Shown here one piece after another: positions 1 to 14,141 of a DNA stretch of 64,000 nucleotides. The stretch is from assembly GCA_021613535.1 (NCBI GenBank), contig CP075496.1, positions 4,836,001 to 4,900,000 of the forward strand, given 5' to 3'. Each line of letters begins with the position of its first letter. Within the stretch, counting starts at the first letter, position 1. Made by a program: the position numbers and the translations under genes. The notes beneath the pieces were generated by a model. It was given only the letters and a program-made list of their open reading frames with translations, had not been told where the DNA came from and ran no database searches. This DNA comes from Adineta vaga. Its lineage: Eukaryota > Animalia > Rotifera.

Positions 1-1484
1 AAGTAAATAAACATTCCAATAGAAATAACCAGGTCGTCGAGCGACATAACATGTAACTAAATAACGAAAGATATATGTGAAAACAAAAGAAAAAAACAAA
101 TATACCTAAATATGTTGATTGGCGAATAGGTCGAAAACTGAAATCTTCTGTTGTTATTGTTGAACGTGTTTCAATATGTTCATAAAGAAACCATTCTTGT
201 TGTGCTAAACAAATCAATCCAGATATATTTACTAGTATAACTTTCCTTCTTTTCGAAATACCTAGAAAAGCTTCACGATTGACAATCGATGGTTGAAAAC
301 GATTCTCAACAAGAATACATTCATCCGTTGGACGACTCGCTACAATTTGTAATGAAAGCTGTTGAACATCAGCTGGAAAACTATTCAATTCAAGTTTTTC
401 CCAAAATGTTCCATTAATTTTACGTATTTCCCATACATAAATCATATCATGATTTTTACTATCTGGTTTAACTGGTTCATCTAAATGATCGACTAATTCT
501 GAAATAATCTCTTCTTTAACATCGCCAAGTGCATTTTTAATATAAAGATTTGGATTCCAAGATGCTGCTGTTGGATCATATAACCATCGTGCTTCAATAA
601 CAACTTCAGCATAGAATTTTTCTTGTAATGTAATAACCTTTTATTTCAATGAATAGAAATCAAAGAATGAGATTGTTTTGTAAGAGAACTTACTTCGCCA
701 AGACGAATAAATTTCACACGAAGTGATACTTCACGTGGTGGTTTTATATTCGATGGACTTCTCATTAATCCTGAATGAATATCATTTGATGATCGTTGCA
801 TTTGAATACGTTGATGATTTGTAGATGTAGATGTTATAGCTAAAAACAAACAGAGCATGAAAGTATTCACATGCAAAATTCTCATCGACATGAATGAATA
901 TAATCTGATAATTCAAAAATCTTAACAAGTCATTAATCATGCAAATTTTATATCAATAGTTGATGATTGTCGGTGATCTTCAATAATTAATGATGATAAT
1001 CTCCGGTAGTTTCGAATGATTTTCATATCTCGAATGATTTCCGATGATTTTCTATAACGAGAGTATAGGTACTTTTTCTCTTGCAGAAATTCATATAAGA
1101 CTAACTCTTTTGATCATATATTTTCTAAGGTCAAAATCGTATTTATTCTAATAAGAAATACTTTGCATGACTTACTATTTGTAGATACCATGAAAGGTTA
1201 TTATTATCATATCTTTCTAATCAAATGTAGATCATTCAAAACAAAACACATGAATATCGAACAAAGATTCATTTTCTAATACGATAATCGTACATACGTA
1301 ATGATGAAGCAATACATTTTTCACTTGAAGATAATTCTGGTATAGTTGAATAATGAATAGATGCACGTTGAACACCACCAATAGTTGTGGCACGTCTATT
1401 TGTTATTAGTAAGTGTTTTGCTAAATCATGAGTATCATGAATTGTTGATTCTAAATTTGAATCAGATTGTCTTTGACTCGGCAT
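1..1484 (-). CDS. Cys-less (Pro-loop) pentameric ligand-gated ion channel-like subunit, 5' part; 3' end runs off the window
   Basis: Spliced exons ~1298-1484, 694-839, 262-637, 107-204, <1-57 with GT-AG introns in compatible phase. Translation includes VSLRVKFIRLGEVITLQEKFYAEV, WNPNLYIKNA, KLELNSFPADVQQL and VARRPGYFYWN, the ECD and pre-M1 signature of metazoan Cys-less pLGICs. Confidence 0.8.
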
Positions 1485-2844
1485 AATCTAAAATCAAAAT
1501 AGAACATTTCATTTTCTAGAACAACATATATTTTACTTGGAGAATAATGTATATCTAGTAGGAATAATAACCTTGATTATAAATAGCAATGGTGCGATCA
1601 GCTTTTTAGCATTTAATAATTACATATATCTACATTGATAAATATATTCGAAAAGATTTGTTATTTCCTCTTAATTGTATGCTTCTATAGTTTTGTTTAT
1701 ACAACACTGAAAGAAGCACCAGATAAGAATAAGAAATAGGATGGGAAACGAAGTAAGACAGATAACGCCCAATGAGAATGAAACTTACTGATTTCTACTA
1801 GAACAAGAAAAAAAAACGATAATAAACAGTCTGTTCTCTTTTCTTTCAGTCATTTCTTAATAATAACTATTGAGCACGTAATAATCTGTACTTTGCCAAA
1901 GAAGATTTTACAACGTCCCTCCAGACTAGAAAATGATGACGATAAGGTACCAATTGAGTGAGACAATGAACTTCCATTATAGTGGAAACTCTATATATAA
2001 TAACTTAAGTGTTCGATTTGAGCTAAATATTAATACTCATTCACTCGATTGATATACTTTTCCGGCAACAATACGTTTAATCTTCTTTCGATATCAAAGA
2101 TTTTTCATTGTTAATGTCGAAAAAAAAAGTTCGAAAAAGACATCAATCATGTTTATAAACATATGTTTAAATACAGTACTCAGTCTATTTACTCCGTTGT
2201 GCAAATACTAATGCATAAATTTCTGATAAAAGATGTTGTATGAAAATTATTTACCAGAGAATAAAGAGTGCACTAAGTGATAATGAAATACGTCATGTTG
2301 TATGGTCAATATTGACCGACGCAATGACATGCAAAAAGGATGTTTTTTTCAAACAAAACAACTTCTTTCATTCTAATTAAACAATCTATCAAATAAATAT
2401 GAAAGATGTTTACCTAAGATCTCGATAGAATGGGAACATAGAGAACGAGTTTGAGAGCTGCGTTACTATTCTTCTTATTTTCATCAAACAGATTTGTAAA
2501 TATACACTTTGAAATTATCAAATATGCAAGATAACTCTATGTTTGAATCTACTGATTATGTGAGAAGTATCTCAAGAAGTTTTGAAAATGGAATATTTAG
2601 TGAATGGCAATGACTCAGGAAATGTTCTTGTTTGAAGGTATTCGTCATTGTGCGACCTCTTTCAATCCTATTCAGTATTATTCGAACTAAAACGAATCAG
2701 ATACGTGTGGTATAACTAGGATAATGAGGAAAAATCATATGTGTCTATCCGAAAGAAATAACAAAATAACCTGTGTTTTCTTGAAGTTGAATTAGGATAA
2801 TTCTGTCAGTATTCAATCAGTAGAATCTCAAAATATACAAAACT

Positions 2845-4681
2845 ATGGCGTTCATCAAAAATACTTTATTTAAAGTGAGTCATAATGAATAGAAAAAGAA
2901 TTTCATTGCTATTCTGTCTTGTTTTTAGCTTAGTCCAATCTCGAGAAACTCGCTGTTAACAATACAAAAACGTTATTACTTATTACTTCATGAATATGTA
3001 TCAATGGGATTACTTGAAGAAGCAGGTATTCGTGTGCCAAAGTATCGTGTAGCCGAAACAGCCAATCAAGCATATAATATAGCTGCGAGTGATGGTTTGT
3101 TTTTTCTTAATGATTTTATTCGAATTCATTGGTTTTAACATCAATTTTATCCATTTAGAACTTGGTAATGATCTTGTCATTAAAGCACAAGTTCTTGCTG
3201 GTGGTCGAGGTAAAGGAACATTTGATACGGGATTAAAAGGTGGTGTGAAAATGACCTACTCGTAAGAATTATCATTATATTCATTTAAAAAGTGTTCATC
3301 TATATATCTGTTTTCTTCTATAGACCTGAAGAAGCTAAACAAATTGCATCAAAAATGCTTGGCCATCGTTTATATACGAAACAAACCGGTCGAGATGGAA
3401 AACTCGTTTCAAAATTGATCATGTGTCAAAAATTATTTACTCGACGGGAATATTATTTTGCATGTAAGTGTATAGAAATATCATTTGAAGACTTTATGTG
3501 AAATACTTTATATCATTTAGTGGCATTAGAACGACGTTTCGATGGACCAGTGATTATTACATCAACACAAGGTGGTACAAATATCGAAGAAATAGCTGCT
3601 GAACATCCTGAAGCTATTATTCGTCATCCAATTGATATTCATAAAGGTCTCGAACATAAAGATGCATTAGCCATTGCACAACGACTCGAATTTCTGGATG
3701 AAGCTATGGAAGATGTATAAAGCTTATTTATATAAAACCACTTATCTTTCTTTTTCTCATTAAATAGGCAGCGGATACGATTATGAAATTGTATAACTTA
3801 TTCGTAACGAAAGATATTGTTTTATTAGAAATTAATCCATTAACAGAAGCAGCTGATGGAAAAATATATTGTAAATTATATTCTTCTTCTTCTTCTTCTT
3901 CTGTTCTATTCTTTGGTAATATGATGTAGGTATGGATTGTAAAATTAATGTTGATGACAATTCAGAATATCGACAACAAAGTGTATTTGAACAAAAAGAT
4001 ATAACACAAAGTGATTGGCGTGATGTTAAAGCACAAGAATCCAATTTGAATTATATTGGTCTTGATGGTGAAATTGGTTGTCTTGTCAATGGTGCCGGTT
4101 TAGCTATGGCTACTATGGATATTATTAAATTACATGGTGGTAGTCCAGCAAATTTTCTTGATGTTGGAGGTGGTGCATCAGCTGCTCAAGTAAAAGATGC
4201 TTTTGAATTGATTACAGCTGATCCAAGAGTAAGATTGACTATTTTCGAATATATTCGATGAATCTGCATGATTGATTAGGTTCAAGCTATATTTGTTAAT
4301 ATCTTTGGCGGTATTATGAGATGTGATATTATTGCTAAAGGCATTGTTGCTGCTGCCAAAGAATTAAAATTAAGTATTCCGATTGTTGTACGATTACAAG
4401 GTAAATTATCTTTTTAACTACTACAATGCCTTTAGAATTATTGAGACTTAATTTAGGCACACGTGTTGATGATGCTAAAGCAATCATTGCGAATAGTCAA
4501 TTTAAAATTCTTGCTTGTGACGACCTTGACGACGGAGCCCGATTGGTAAAATGATTATTTTCTTGTTTCTTGAAATATTTAATACCTATATTCTATATAT
4601 TTCTAGGTAGTCAAACTTGCGCAGATAGTCAGTCTTGCTCGATCAGCTTCCATAGCAGTTCAATTTGAATTACCGATTTAA
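2845..4681 (+). CDS. SUCLA2: Succinyl-CoA ligase [ADP-forming] beta subunit, mitochondrial (multi-exon)
   Basis: Motifs [56 protein letters not shown]-terminus FELPI* (TAA 4679-4681) is typical of the ATP-specific beta subunit. Confidence 0.93.
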
Positions 4682-4716
4682 ATGATTCTCAGGTGATCAA
4701 ACATCTTCCTCACACA

Positions 4717-4736
4717 CTCTCTCTCTCTCTCTCTCT
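4717..4736. repeat. (CT)10 microsatellite in the SUCLA2 3' region
   Basis: Read directly from the sequence. Confidence 0.9.
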
Positions 4737-5021
4737 AGATCTAATATTCGACCATTTTATTTTTTATTTTATTTTATTTCCGCTTTATTTTTTCTTCTCT
4801 TTTAAAATATTAATGCCAATATTTTTCTAATTCAGTATTTTCCTTTAATTATGTAGTACAGCGAATGCTAATTTTGTTTTGTCTTTGTTGTTTTCCGATA
4901 TTCGTTTTGTAATTCCTTATTTGTCGCTATTGAATCTCCATTTATCTCGCAATAAAAATCTACCCAAGCGATAACAAATGAATAGAACATAATCTTTATT
5001 TCATGATCTGTTGAACTGTGT

Positions 5022-5995
5022 TTAGTTTTGAAAAAACGGACTAGGTCCTACGCTTCTTTGTTGTTTGTGAAATAAGGTTTTGATAAAATTTGAAAGATTT
5101 GGCAATACTACGAATGGAATTAAAATTGGTACCATGTAAACGAGAATGAATAAATAATTTGTTTGTATATCCATCGAAAACGACGATGGTAAGAAGGTGA
5201 CGAAAAGGCCATTAATTGTCAGTGGAAACCAGAAGATTATGAATAAAGTTGAGAAACAAAGAAGTTGTAAAGTTAATTTTCGTTGTCGACGCAATGTTGT
5301 TTGTCGATATTGTCTTTTCCGAACTACTCGAAATACTAAACAGATATTAGCAATAGTAATCATCATTATTGGAAAGACAATATTAACCACGAAATCGTAT
5401 GTTACCATGACAGGTTCTTCGATCATAAAACAAGGAACTGAACATAAAACCTATTGAAAGTATAAAGAAGAAATTCTTATCAGTCGTTTATACAATAACT
5501 GTATGAATTTACCACATTAAAATCCCATTGGTTTTCGCATTTGTTCAGTATGATGACAGATAAATAAAATAGAAAAGGATATGCACAAGCAATTACAAAT
5601 GGAAAGAAATGAAAGACAATTCTTTGCCATCGTATAGCTAGAAAAGCGTTACGAAAAACAAACATATGTCTTTGAACTGAACTCCAAGCCATTATAAACA
5701 GTAAAAAACCATTTAATGAATATTCCCACCAATTCCACCATGTGCAGAAAGCTGCTGATGTTATTATAACTCGCCCTTGCCGGTAAAATAGTATGGAAAA
5801 TAAAATATCAGTCGTTATTTGTAATAAACTTAGAATGACTAAAACCAATGTTAAATGATGATGATGAGAAATAGTTCGTTTTTGTCGACAAAAATAAATT
5901 ATGATCGAAATCGAACAAGAAACAGATGGAACGGAGAGAATCAATAGAAACCAAAATTTCACTGTATATAATAATGATATCGTATTTTCAACCAT
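5022..5995 (-). CDS. Orphan rhodopsin-like 7TM GPCR, copy 1 (exons 5513-5995, 5022-5450)
   Basis: Seven hydrophobic segments, TM3 FCTWWNWWEYSLN...AWSSVQRH, TM6 IFWFPLTIN, one GT-AG intron. Confidence 0.8.
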
Positions 5996-6467
5996 GATGC
6001 GATGCTTTTATTGCAGATAAGCCATATTTGAAGTTTAATCATTGATACAGAGATATGTCTGGATTTCATCGTGTGATTCTGACATTTTCATTTCCTGAAT
6101 ATTTATTTTTAGACTCTTAGTTTAATCTTCTCTCAACATACACAATTTTATAGACAGATCAATGAAATATCAAAAAAATATTTTCTTCATTGCAAAATAA
6201 TCGAAGACTATCATTTTCCAATGCAAAACCATGCAGCATTGAATAACTAAAGATTGGATTCTTAATTTTGTATCATGATAGTACATTTAGTTTAAAATGT
6301 GAAATTAGCAATGATATAATCTGAATATGGTGATTGCTGCTTTTCCTGATTGTTTAGATGTATTTGTATGTATAACAGTTATACATCATGCGCGAAAGTA
6401 ATATATACAGATCAAGCGACAAGTAACAATGAATGTTGAAGTAAATTTTCAATCGAAATAATTATTT

Positions 6468-7451
6468 CTATGCATGCACAGGTGGTAATCTTGACATAAT
6501 CAGTGTCAATGGCCCAATAAGATTAGGTCGTATATTGAAAACTACTTGTTTAAAATTGAGTAAAAATGGTACTGAAAAGAATGGTAATAGTACTGGAACC
6601 ATACAAGGAAGATACAATAGATATGTTGACTGCAGATCACCTAATTCTGATGAGCCTGAAAACGTATAGAGAATACCATTGATTGTCAGAGGAAACCAAA
6701 AGATAATGTAAAGACTTGCAACAGCCAAAAGTTGTAAAGCTAGTTTTCTCTGTCGAGCTGCATCACCTTGTCGATTTCGTTTTTGCCAACAAACTCGCAA
6801 TATTAAAACTATATTTGCCAAAATGATTACAATAATTGGTAATACAATATTGATTAAAAAATCAAATAATGCAAGCATGGGTTGAACAGTTAAATAACAT
6901 GGTTGAAAACAGAATAACTAATTAAGTATGAAAAATCTCTATGAGAATTCTTTTCAAAGGAAAAGAATGAATGCAATACTTACTGTTGTATAGTCCCATT
7001 CATTTTCACATGAATTCAATATAATAACACTGAAGTAGAATATCAGTGGATATGTACAACAGATTAATAAAGGTAAAATATGATATATAATTCGTTTTCG
7101 TAGAGTAGACATGATTGAATTATGAAAAACAAGTAAATGACGATCAATTGAACCCCAAGCCATGATAAATACAAGTAATCCAGAGAGCGAATAATCCCAC
7201 CAATTCCACCATAAACAAAACTGATTCGATGCTGGAACAACTTCTTCATAATGGTAGTAAACCAATACAAATGGAAAATCAGTGACGAGTTGTAAAAAAC
7301 TAAATAAAGTTAATACAAGTGTCAAATGTTGATGTGATGAAATACGTTTTCGTTGATGATAAAAGTAAATTAGAATTAATATTGAACATAGAATAGATGG
7401 TATTGTTGGAATTAGTAGAAGCCAAAATTTAACAGATGCAAGCCAGGACAT
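6468..7451 (-). CDS. Orphan rhodopsin-like 7TM GPCR, copy 2 (exons 6984-7451, 6468-6917); TAG stop
   Basis: Paralog of copy 1: VKFWLLLI, FCLWWNWWDYS, AWGSIDRH, IFWFPLTING. Intron at the equivalent position, just after CEN-W-D. Confidence 0.8.
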
Positions 7452-9123
7452 GGTATTACCTGTGATAGTTATAGTTTAAAACAGAACAAGATCAATCAAC
7501 GAAGAATCTGTAATATTTAAATACGCAGCGATCAATTCAGTGAAAGCAAGTCGCGTAAATAGAATTTGTTGACAACTGAAAAGTAAAGAAAAATGGTGTG
7601 CTTATTCTATAAGTGTTCAATTCTATGCATGACTGAATTCTTTCGTCAGTATGGCTTAGAAAATGCAAAGAGTCTATTCAGCGGTGAAAAAATGTTTTCA
7701 GTAATACTTATATTTAGTTGACCTGAAAAAAACGTAGTATGTAAACAAACATCTTCTTCGAAAATATGAACCTAAAAATTTCGATTTTATATTCAAATAA
7801 CGATATGACTATATCCTGAAGTTTGCATTTTCTCTGATAGAATATGTAAGTATCTAAAAATAATCATACTTAGCGCAAATCAGTCTGTAAAAAACAGGAA
7901 AGATCACACATGCTTAGACATTTGGGTACAAAATATATTAAAACTTCTACACTTCACATCTCTAATTATAATTGCTTTTATCTGAAGAAATCTTCAACAT
8001 CAATCATGGAAAACCGTCATGTATATTCAATTCAATAAGACTAGCCAGAAATAATTTACAAAGTTAATTTATTTAACATAGATATTATACACCTTCAATT
8101 CATCGGATGAACAAAGACAGATTATTTTATGAAATTGAAAAGAAATATTTATATTTGTTGATAAAATCTTAGTAAATCTAGATGATCTTTCAATATGAAA
8201 AGTTGATAACTATTCTAAGACGATGATAAGATAAGAAAAAGATTCATCTGACCAAACTGTTATCAAAAAACATTTAGAGAACAAATAGAATATGTGTTAC
8301 CTAAAAATTGTTTATGATAACACATTGACATCAAATTACATAATTCTTTTCTGCATTTAATCTTCACTTTATTGTTGAATAGATCTTTGATTCTGTTGCT
8401 TATTCGTTACATTCTGCGCAAAAGATGATTGATATTGAAATCTAAGATTTCAAAAACTTTCAGACTTTGTCCTCCGAATTGAATAGAACGTTTAAGAACA
8501 TTTCTTCAACAATCATATTTCTCTTTTTAACTTTAAGAGAAAATCTTCTTCTTCTTCTATCTTGATGATATGGTATCTTACACTCGCTCACAAGTTATCT
8601 ATCACTTGAAAAACGTCAAGATTTTCTTTTCATTTTTGTTTTATATTTAACAATCGCTATCATTATATAACATATTTACAGAAAATGAGTCGAAAAAAAA
8701 CACACTTTTAACGACAGAACATTTATCCATTCGTTTTTTTTCTCTATTTATCTTCTATTTTCGTTTCGATTCTTGTTAGATTTAATCGAGAGTTGATAGA
8801 GAGCGCACAAATAGAATCGAGAAAAAAATAAAACGAACGATAGAGTAGCATAACAAAACGTAAGTATAAGACGAACCTTTTTTTTTCGAAACTTCATATC
8901 ATTACGAATTTTTCTTATATATCACTAACAAATAATTTATCAAAACTTTCATTCATTGTCAATCATAGAAATTCAATAATAAATTTGATGAAAGTAAAAG
9001 AATTCAGATGAACTTATGATTCATCTTCAAATATTTATCTTATGTCTATCGACATCACGCCATATATTTCTTCATTTTATAGTTGGTCTATTTCATTCAG
9101 TTATCTCTTTTAGATATACCATC

Positions 9124-10239
9124 ATGAAATCTGTCGAAGAATATCCACCAGATCGACAAAATCTTAAAGCAGCAATTGAAGATAATATTGGCTCATGTAT
9201 AATTGCTTTATTATCATTTTTATCTTTAATATCTGCTTTATGTTGGCCTTTCATTAAAATGAATAAAGTTCTAACGGAACATTTAATTGATATGACATCA
9301 TTCAATGATTTTCTTGTTGTTAATGTATTTGTCTTTGCATCGTATACATTGCAATATATATTAACAGCTGGTATATTAGAAAGTACAAATCCACGAGGTT
9401 TTAAATCTGAAAAATTAACGGAAGAACAACGACAACAACGACGAAGACAAATTCGAAAAGAAATTCTTTTAGGAATTGGTGCTATGTTCGGTATGTAAAT
9501 AATTGATAGAGAAAATCAAATCTAATTCGATTATTTCAGGTAATACAACATATGCTGTATCGTGGATGTATTTTATTGAACCATATTTATGGACAACAAA
9601 TTATTTTGTTACTCATCGATATACTTTAACATGGTTTATTTCAAATGTTCTTGTTTATGGTTTTATATTTGATTCATGGTTCTATTGGACACATCGAGCA
9701 CTACATGAATCACAATATCTCTGGGATAAAATCCATACAACACATCATGCATTTAAAAATCCATCGGCTTTTTGTCAAGATGCTGTTCATCCATTAGAAG
9801 GTCTTGTACAGGGTCCAGTAGGTCATTATTTAACTGCATTAGTCATGCCTGTTCATCCAATTGCTATGGCATTCTTTGGTTTATTTACATCATGTTATGC
9901 TAGTAAATAGACTGATATTTTTATCGATTGATAATGAAGAAATTTCTCTGTTTAGTTGCTGCTCATGATGGACGTTTAGGAGATTTTAATCATCATTCTG
10001 CTCATCATAATAAAGGTAATCTTGATAATGATTTGAAGAGAAGAAAACGAAGATGTCATTAACCAAATGTTTTCTTGTTTATCTGTATAGGAAAAGGTCG
10101 TTTACACAATTTTAATTATGGCCTTTATTGGCCACTATGGGATCTAATATGTGGTACTCGTTATCATGATCGTCCTAATATAAATGATGTCAATCATTCA
10201 TCGAAGATAAAAGAACACGACGAGAAAAAATCCACATGA
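9124..10239 (+). CDS. Fatty acid hydroxylase superfamily / sterol desaturase-like membrane di-iron enzyme (4 exons)
   Basis: His boxes FYWTHRALH, IHTTHHAF and NHHSAHH, plus FNYGLYWPLWDLICGT. TGA stop at 10237-10239. Confidence 0.85.
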
Positions 10240-11383
10240 TTTCTTCTATTCTTAATCATATGTCTGTCTAGTTTTCATTCTCTGATCCGATTCGACAATT
10301 AATATATATGATCCACGTACACATCACATTGCATGTGAATGTATATATGGTGATCATTGTCAATATCCGGTCTATTCGATTTTCTCTTTCCTTTCAATCC
10401 AATTAATTGTAATAACAACAGATGTTCATTCGTTTTTCTTTTCCTTTTTTGTTCAAATAGATTCTTTTCATATATTGTTTCTTCAATTTCAAATGTGCAG
10501 TTCATTACTTTTTCTCATAGATAATGCAAAAAGGAAAAAAGAATGTCTGTGCATATAATTTTACACGGAAGCAAAAGTCAGAGTAATACTAAAAGAAGAA
10601 GATGAAGAAAACAAAGAGTTAGCTGTGAGAATAGAACAAAAAAGGTAGAGCAGAACAACCATAGTAATAGCAAGAAGTAAGCGCATCAAAGAAATCAAAT
10701 AGATACCTGAGATATGAGTTGAACAAAACAAAATGACTTAACTCTCATCATAATGACAAAAAAAAGACCGGGTCATTCATTTCTATATGAGATAGTCGAA
10801 TACTACATGTAATAGCAAAGTATAAATACATGATGATGATAATAATGACGATATAACACTGATGTACTGTTATGAAGAACAAAGAAAAGAAACGAAGATT
10901 AGATATAGTATTAACTATTCAAGAGAGAAGAAACTAATATGGCGAGCAAAAATTAATGATGTTATATACAATAATTAACAAAACAAGAATAGGAATGTAG
11001 ATATATATACATACATATGTTCTACAATCATATTTTTTAAAAATGAGGAAAAAAACCGGTGAGAAAATTCGCTCAGCGGGATTTTTTATATAATTATGTA
11101 TATATATATATATGCTTGACAGAAGACAATGGAGTAATGGCTAACGAAAACAAATAGCAAGGAAAAACAATCGGGAAGACAAAAGACCAAATACACTAGA
11201 TAAAGGCAAGTCAGGCATCGAAGAACAAGACAAATACTTGACAAACATTGTCTGTTACTCAGATAGGCAAATAGAAATAAAAACTAACAGAAAAATCATA
11301 TATATATATAGTATGTTTTAATAAAACATTGAAGTTTCTTCTTTTCTTTTCACCTGGATTATGCTCAATTGTGTTTGTTTCTT

Positions 11384-12293
11384 TTATCCATCATGAATAC
11401 CAATTTCCATTGGTGTTCGGTCATATGTGTTTAATGTATAACATGAACGAAGTGGTGAACCACTTCCACTACTATGATTTGTAGTAGATGGATTAACACT
11501 AAAAACATTCGATGAAAGAAACCATGAAATACCACGATTTGGTGATGAAGTCATTTGTGTTGGAGAATCATTTAATTGTTGTGGAATATGAATATTTATT
11601 GATGTCGATGGTGTTAAACGTGAAGTTAAATTGGATGTCATTGGTATAGAAGATTTAGTTGTTGGTGTAGATGTGGGAGAAAACCGTTGTGATTTTAAAC
11701 GACGTACTGCTTCTTTTACTAAATTTCCTTCGTCGATTAAACGTTGTAATAGACAAGGTAGACGACGTTTCTTTTCGAAATTATGGAAATCTGTGGAGAG
11801 ATTCACACGATGTTTTGAATGAGGATGATGATGATGATAATGGTGCAAAGAACGATTGGAAATTGAACTTTTATAATGTAAATTAGATGATTTCCATGCG
11901 ACTGTTGGTGTCACTGAGTTATTCAATAGAGTTGGTACAAGATCTGCAGTATTATGTAAAGGCTCAAAACTAGTCGATTGCAAACGCTTTAAGCTTGTTG
12001 TTGTTGATGGTGGTGGAGATTGTTGTTGTTGTATAACACCAAAATGTCGTCGACAACCCGAACGAAATCGAAGTATTTCAGTTAGTTTATCCTAAGTCAG
12101 AATAAAAACAATAGAATGATAAGAAAACAAGAGTTTCTTTTCTTACCAATAATAAATTTAATTCAGGTGTGGATGTTGATGATTCAATTTGTGTTTCAGT
12201 ATCATTTGATAGATTGGCTGATGATGTATGAGTATCAATTGAAACATTTACTGTTGCTGATGGAGTATGAGATGTACAACCGATCGAACACAT
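11384..12293 (-). CDS. FRAT/GBP-like GSK3-binding protein (~284 aa; exons 12147-12293, 11384-12091)
   Basis: LLQRLIDEGNLVKEAVRRLKS matches the FRAT GSK3-binding helix (LLQQLVLSGNLIKEAVRRLHS). ELNLLLDKLTEILRF resembles the FRAT N-terminal helix (EVDRLVAQIGETLQL). Phase-0 55-nt intron. Confidence 0.8.
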
Positions 12294-12574
12294 TGGTAAT
12301 GTATGTGAATGTTCTTGTATTCAATTGACAAGTAAAGACTAGAAATATTCTTCGTAATCAAAGAAGATATGATCAAATTGAAAATATGAAAGTGCAGGAC
12401 GACTCTGGGCTGATAGTCAGCTGTCACCGCCTGTGAACATCGTTTATGGTATGGTATATGATTTGTGTTTAGTTTAGATCTAAAAATGAATGTAGAGAAT
12501 AGGAAATAATCAAAAAGAAAAAAGAGAAGTAGAGAGATGACTCAGAATCGGATTGATTGGACGAAGAAGATGAA

Positions 12575-12601
12575 GACGACGACGACGACGACGACGACGA
12601 C
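12575..12601. repeat. (GAC)9 trinucleotide microsatellite
   Basis: Read directly from the sequence. Confidence 0.9.
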
Positions 12602-14096
12602 ATTTTGACACCGGTCCACAGCAAGAGCAGTAATAAACGGGAAGAAGATGTCAAAGAAGAGAAGAATAAACATAACGAGAGGGGGCGCAACTCGGCATAA
12701 CATAGAATGAAATTTCTTTCGACATGATTTTTAATCAAAATAAATCGATCAATGACGTGTGAGGCGACATCAACGAATATTTGATCAACAGATAAAAATC
12801 ATATATTATATATATATATATACTATATAAACTCAGGTAAAGAGATTGAAGTCAAAAAATCCGAACACAAATCATTACTTTAATATTTACGAATATATCG
12901 AAGTATATAAATAACCTCAATTGAGGATAGAGAAATTTATATGTGCATGTGTGCACTCACAAAATCAATTTGACAACTTTACTACGCGCAACTCATACCA
13001 TTATTTCTTCATTTTCTTTCTTCTTCTCTCTTTCTCTTTCTCTTTCTCTTTCTCTTCTCTTTTATTCTATTTATACATTCATTCATAGTAATATAGTAGT
13101 TGCCATCATCGCCGATGTGGCGTGCCTTTGTATGTCTGAAAACAACGCGAACGCATGCACACTCCTCACTACTGTAACAACTGAGACTGACGAAAGAGAG
13201 AACAAACCAATTTCTAATAACAAAAAACGCCAAGTACATGATAGAGAAAAAACGAGCAAAAGAAAACGAGAGTTATACGAAATACAAAAGAAAATCGAAC
13301 AAATAATAGATTTAAACGTAAAGATCATTGACAAAGCGTCAAAGTTATATCTATTGTATCAAGTATATTTATAACTACGTTTGACAAGATAAATGTCTTC
13401 GTCTATATACATGTATACACTAATTCTAATAATAACTATATGAGTGTTGAGAAACACGTCAAAAATGCCATTATTATGTTACTCTCACTGCTACTATAGA
13501 ATTCGCTTTTTCTCTCTCTTACACACTTTTCTTTTTTTTGTATCTGTGCGTGTTCCTTCATTCTTTTTCTTGTTCTCTCTCCTTTTCTTTTTCATTTAAT
13601 CTATTTTTCACATATTTCCTGTGTGTCTAGAAGATGATAAATGAGGAGAAGAAGAGACACACATACACACACATACAAATCACTGAACGTTATTATCATA
13701 GCAAAAAAACTAACAAAGAAAGAACAGAAGAGAAACAAATCAGATGCACAAACACGTACATACTCATCAGCTCAGTCTTCTAGTTCGGAAATGGTTACAA
13801 TCAGTAGAGATGTTTATATAAATTGGCAATAGGCCAACATAGAGAAAGGAAGAAATAATAAATTATCAAACGATCTTTTTTGCTCGTTCTATAAAACTTC
13901 TTTTTTTAAATATGAAACATGGTATGTACGTCATAGATATATATATATATATAGTATAACTTGATGTTTGACAGATTGCATACTGTACGCAAAAAGAAAA
14001 AAAAGATATAATAAATAAAAGAGTTGGGAGAAACAAACGTATATTGCATACGTACTTGGTCTCCTGCCAATAAATCCATATACACAGAGGGTGGCG

Positions 14097-14141
14097 TATA
14101 TATATATATATATATATACATATACATCTATCTCTATATAT
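14097..14141. repeat. Imperfect (TA)n microsatellite, one of many simple repeats in 12.5-17.3 kb
   Basis: Read directly from the sequence. Confidence 0.8.

Noticed and set aside
6368-6386. Perfect inverted repeat ATGTATAAC-A-GTTATACAT, and similar short palindromes near 2149 and 18554
   Set aside because: They are short, AT-rich and isolated, so plausible by chance. There is no TIR/TSD pair or transposase.
10685-12363. ATCAAAG TCF/LEF-like motifs near the FRAT-like gene
   Set aside because: This 7-mer is expected by chance in AT-rich DNA and cannot be supported without conservation data.
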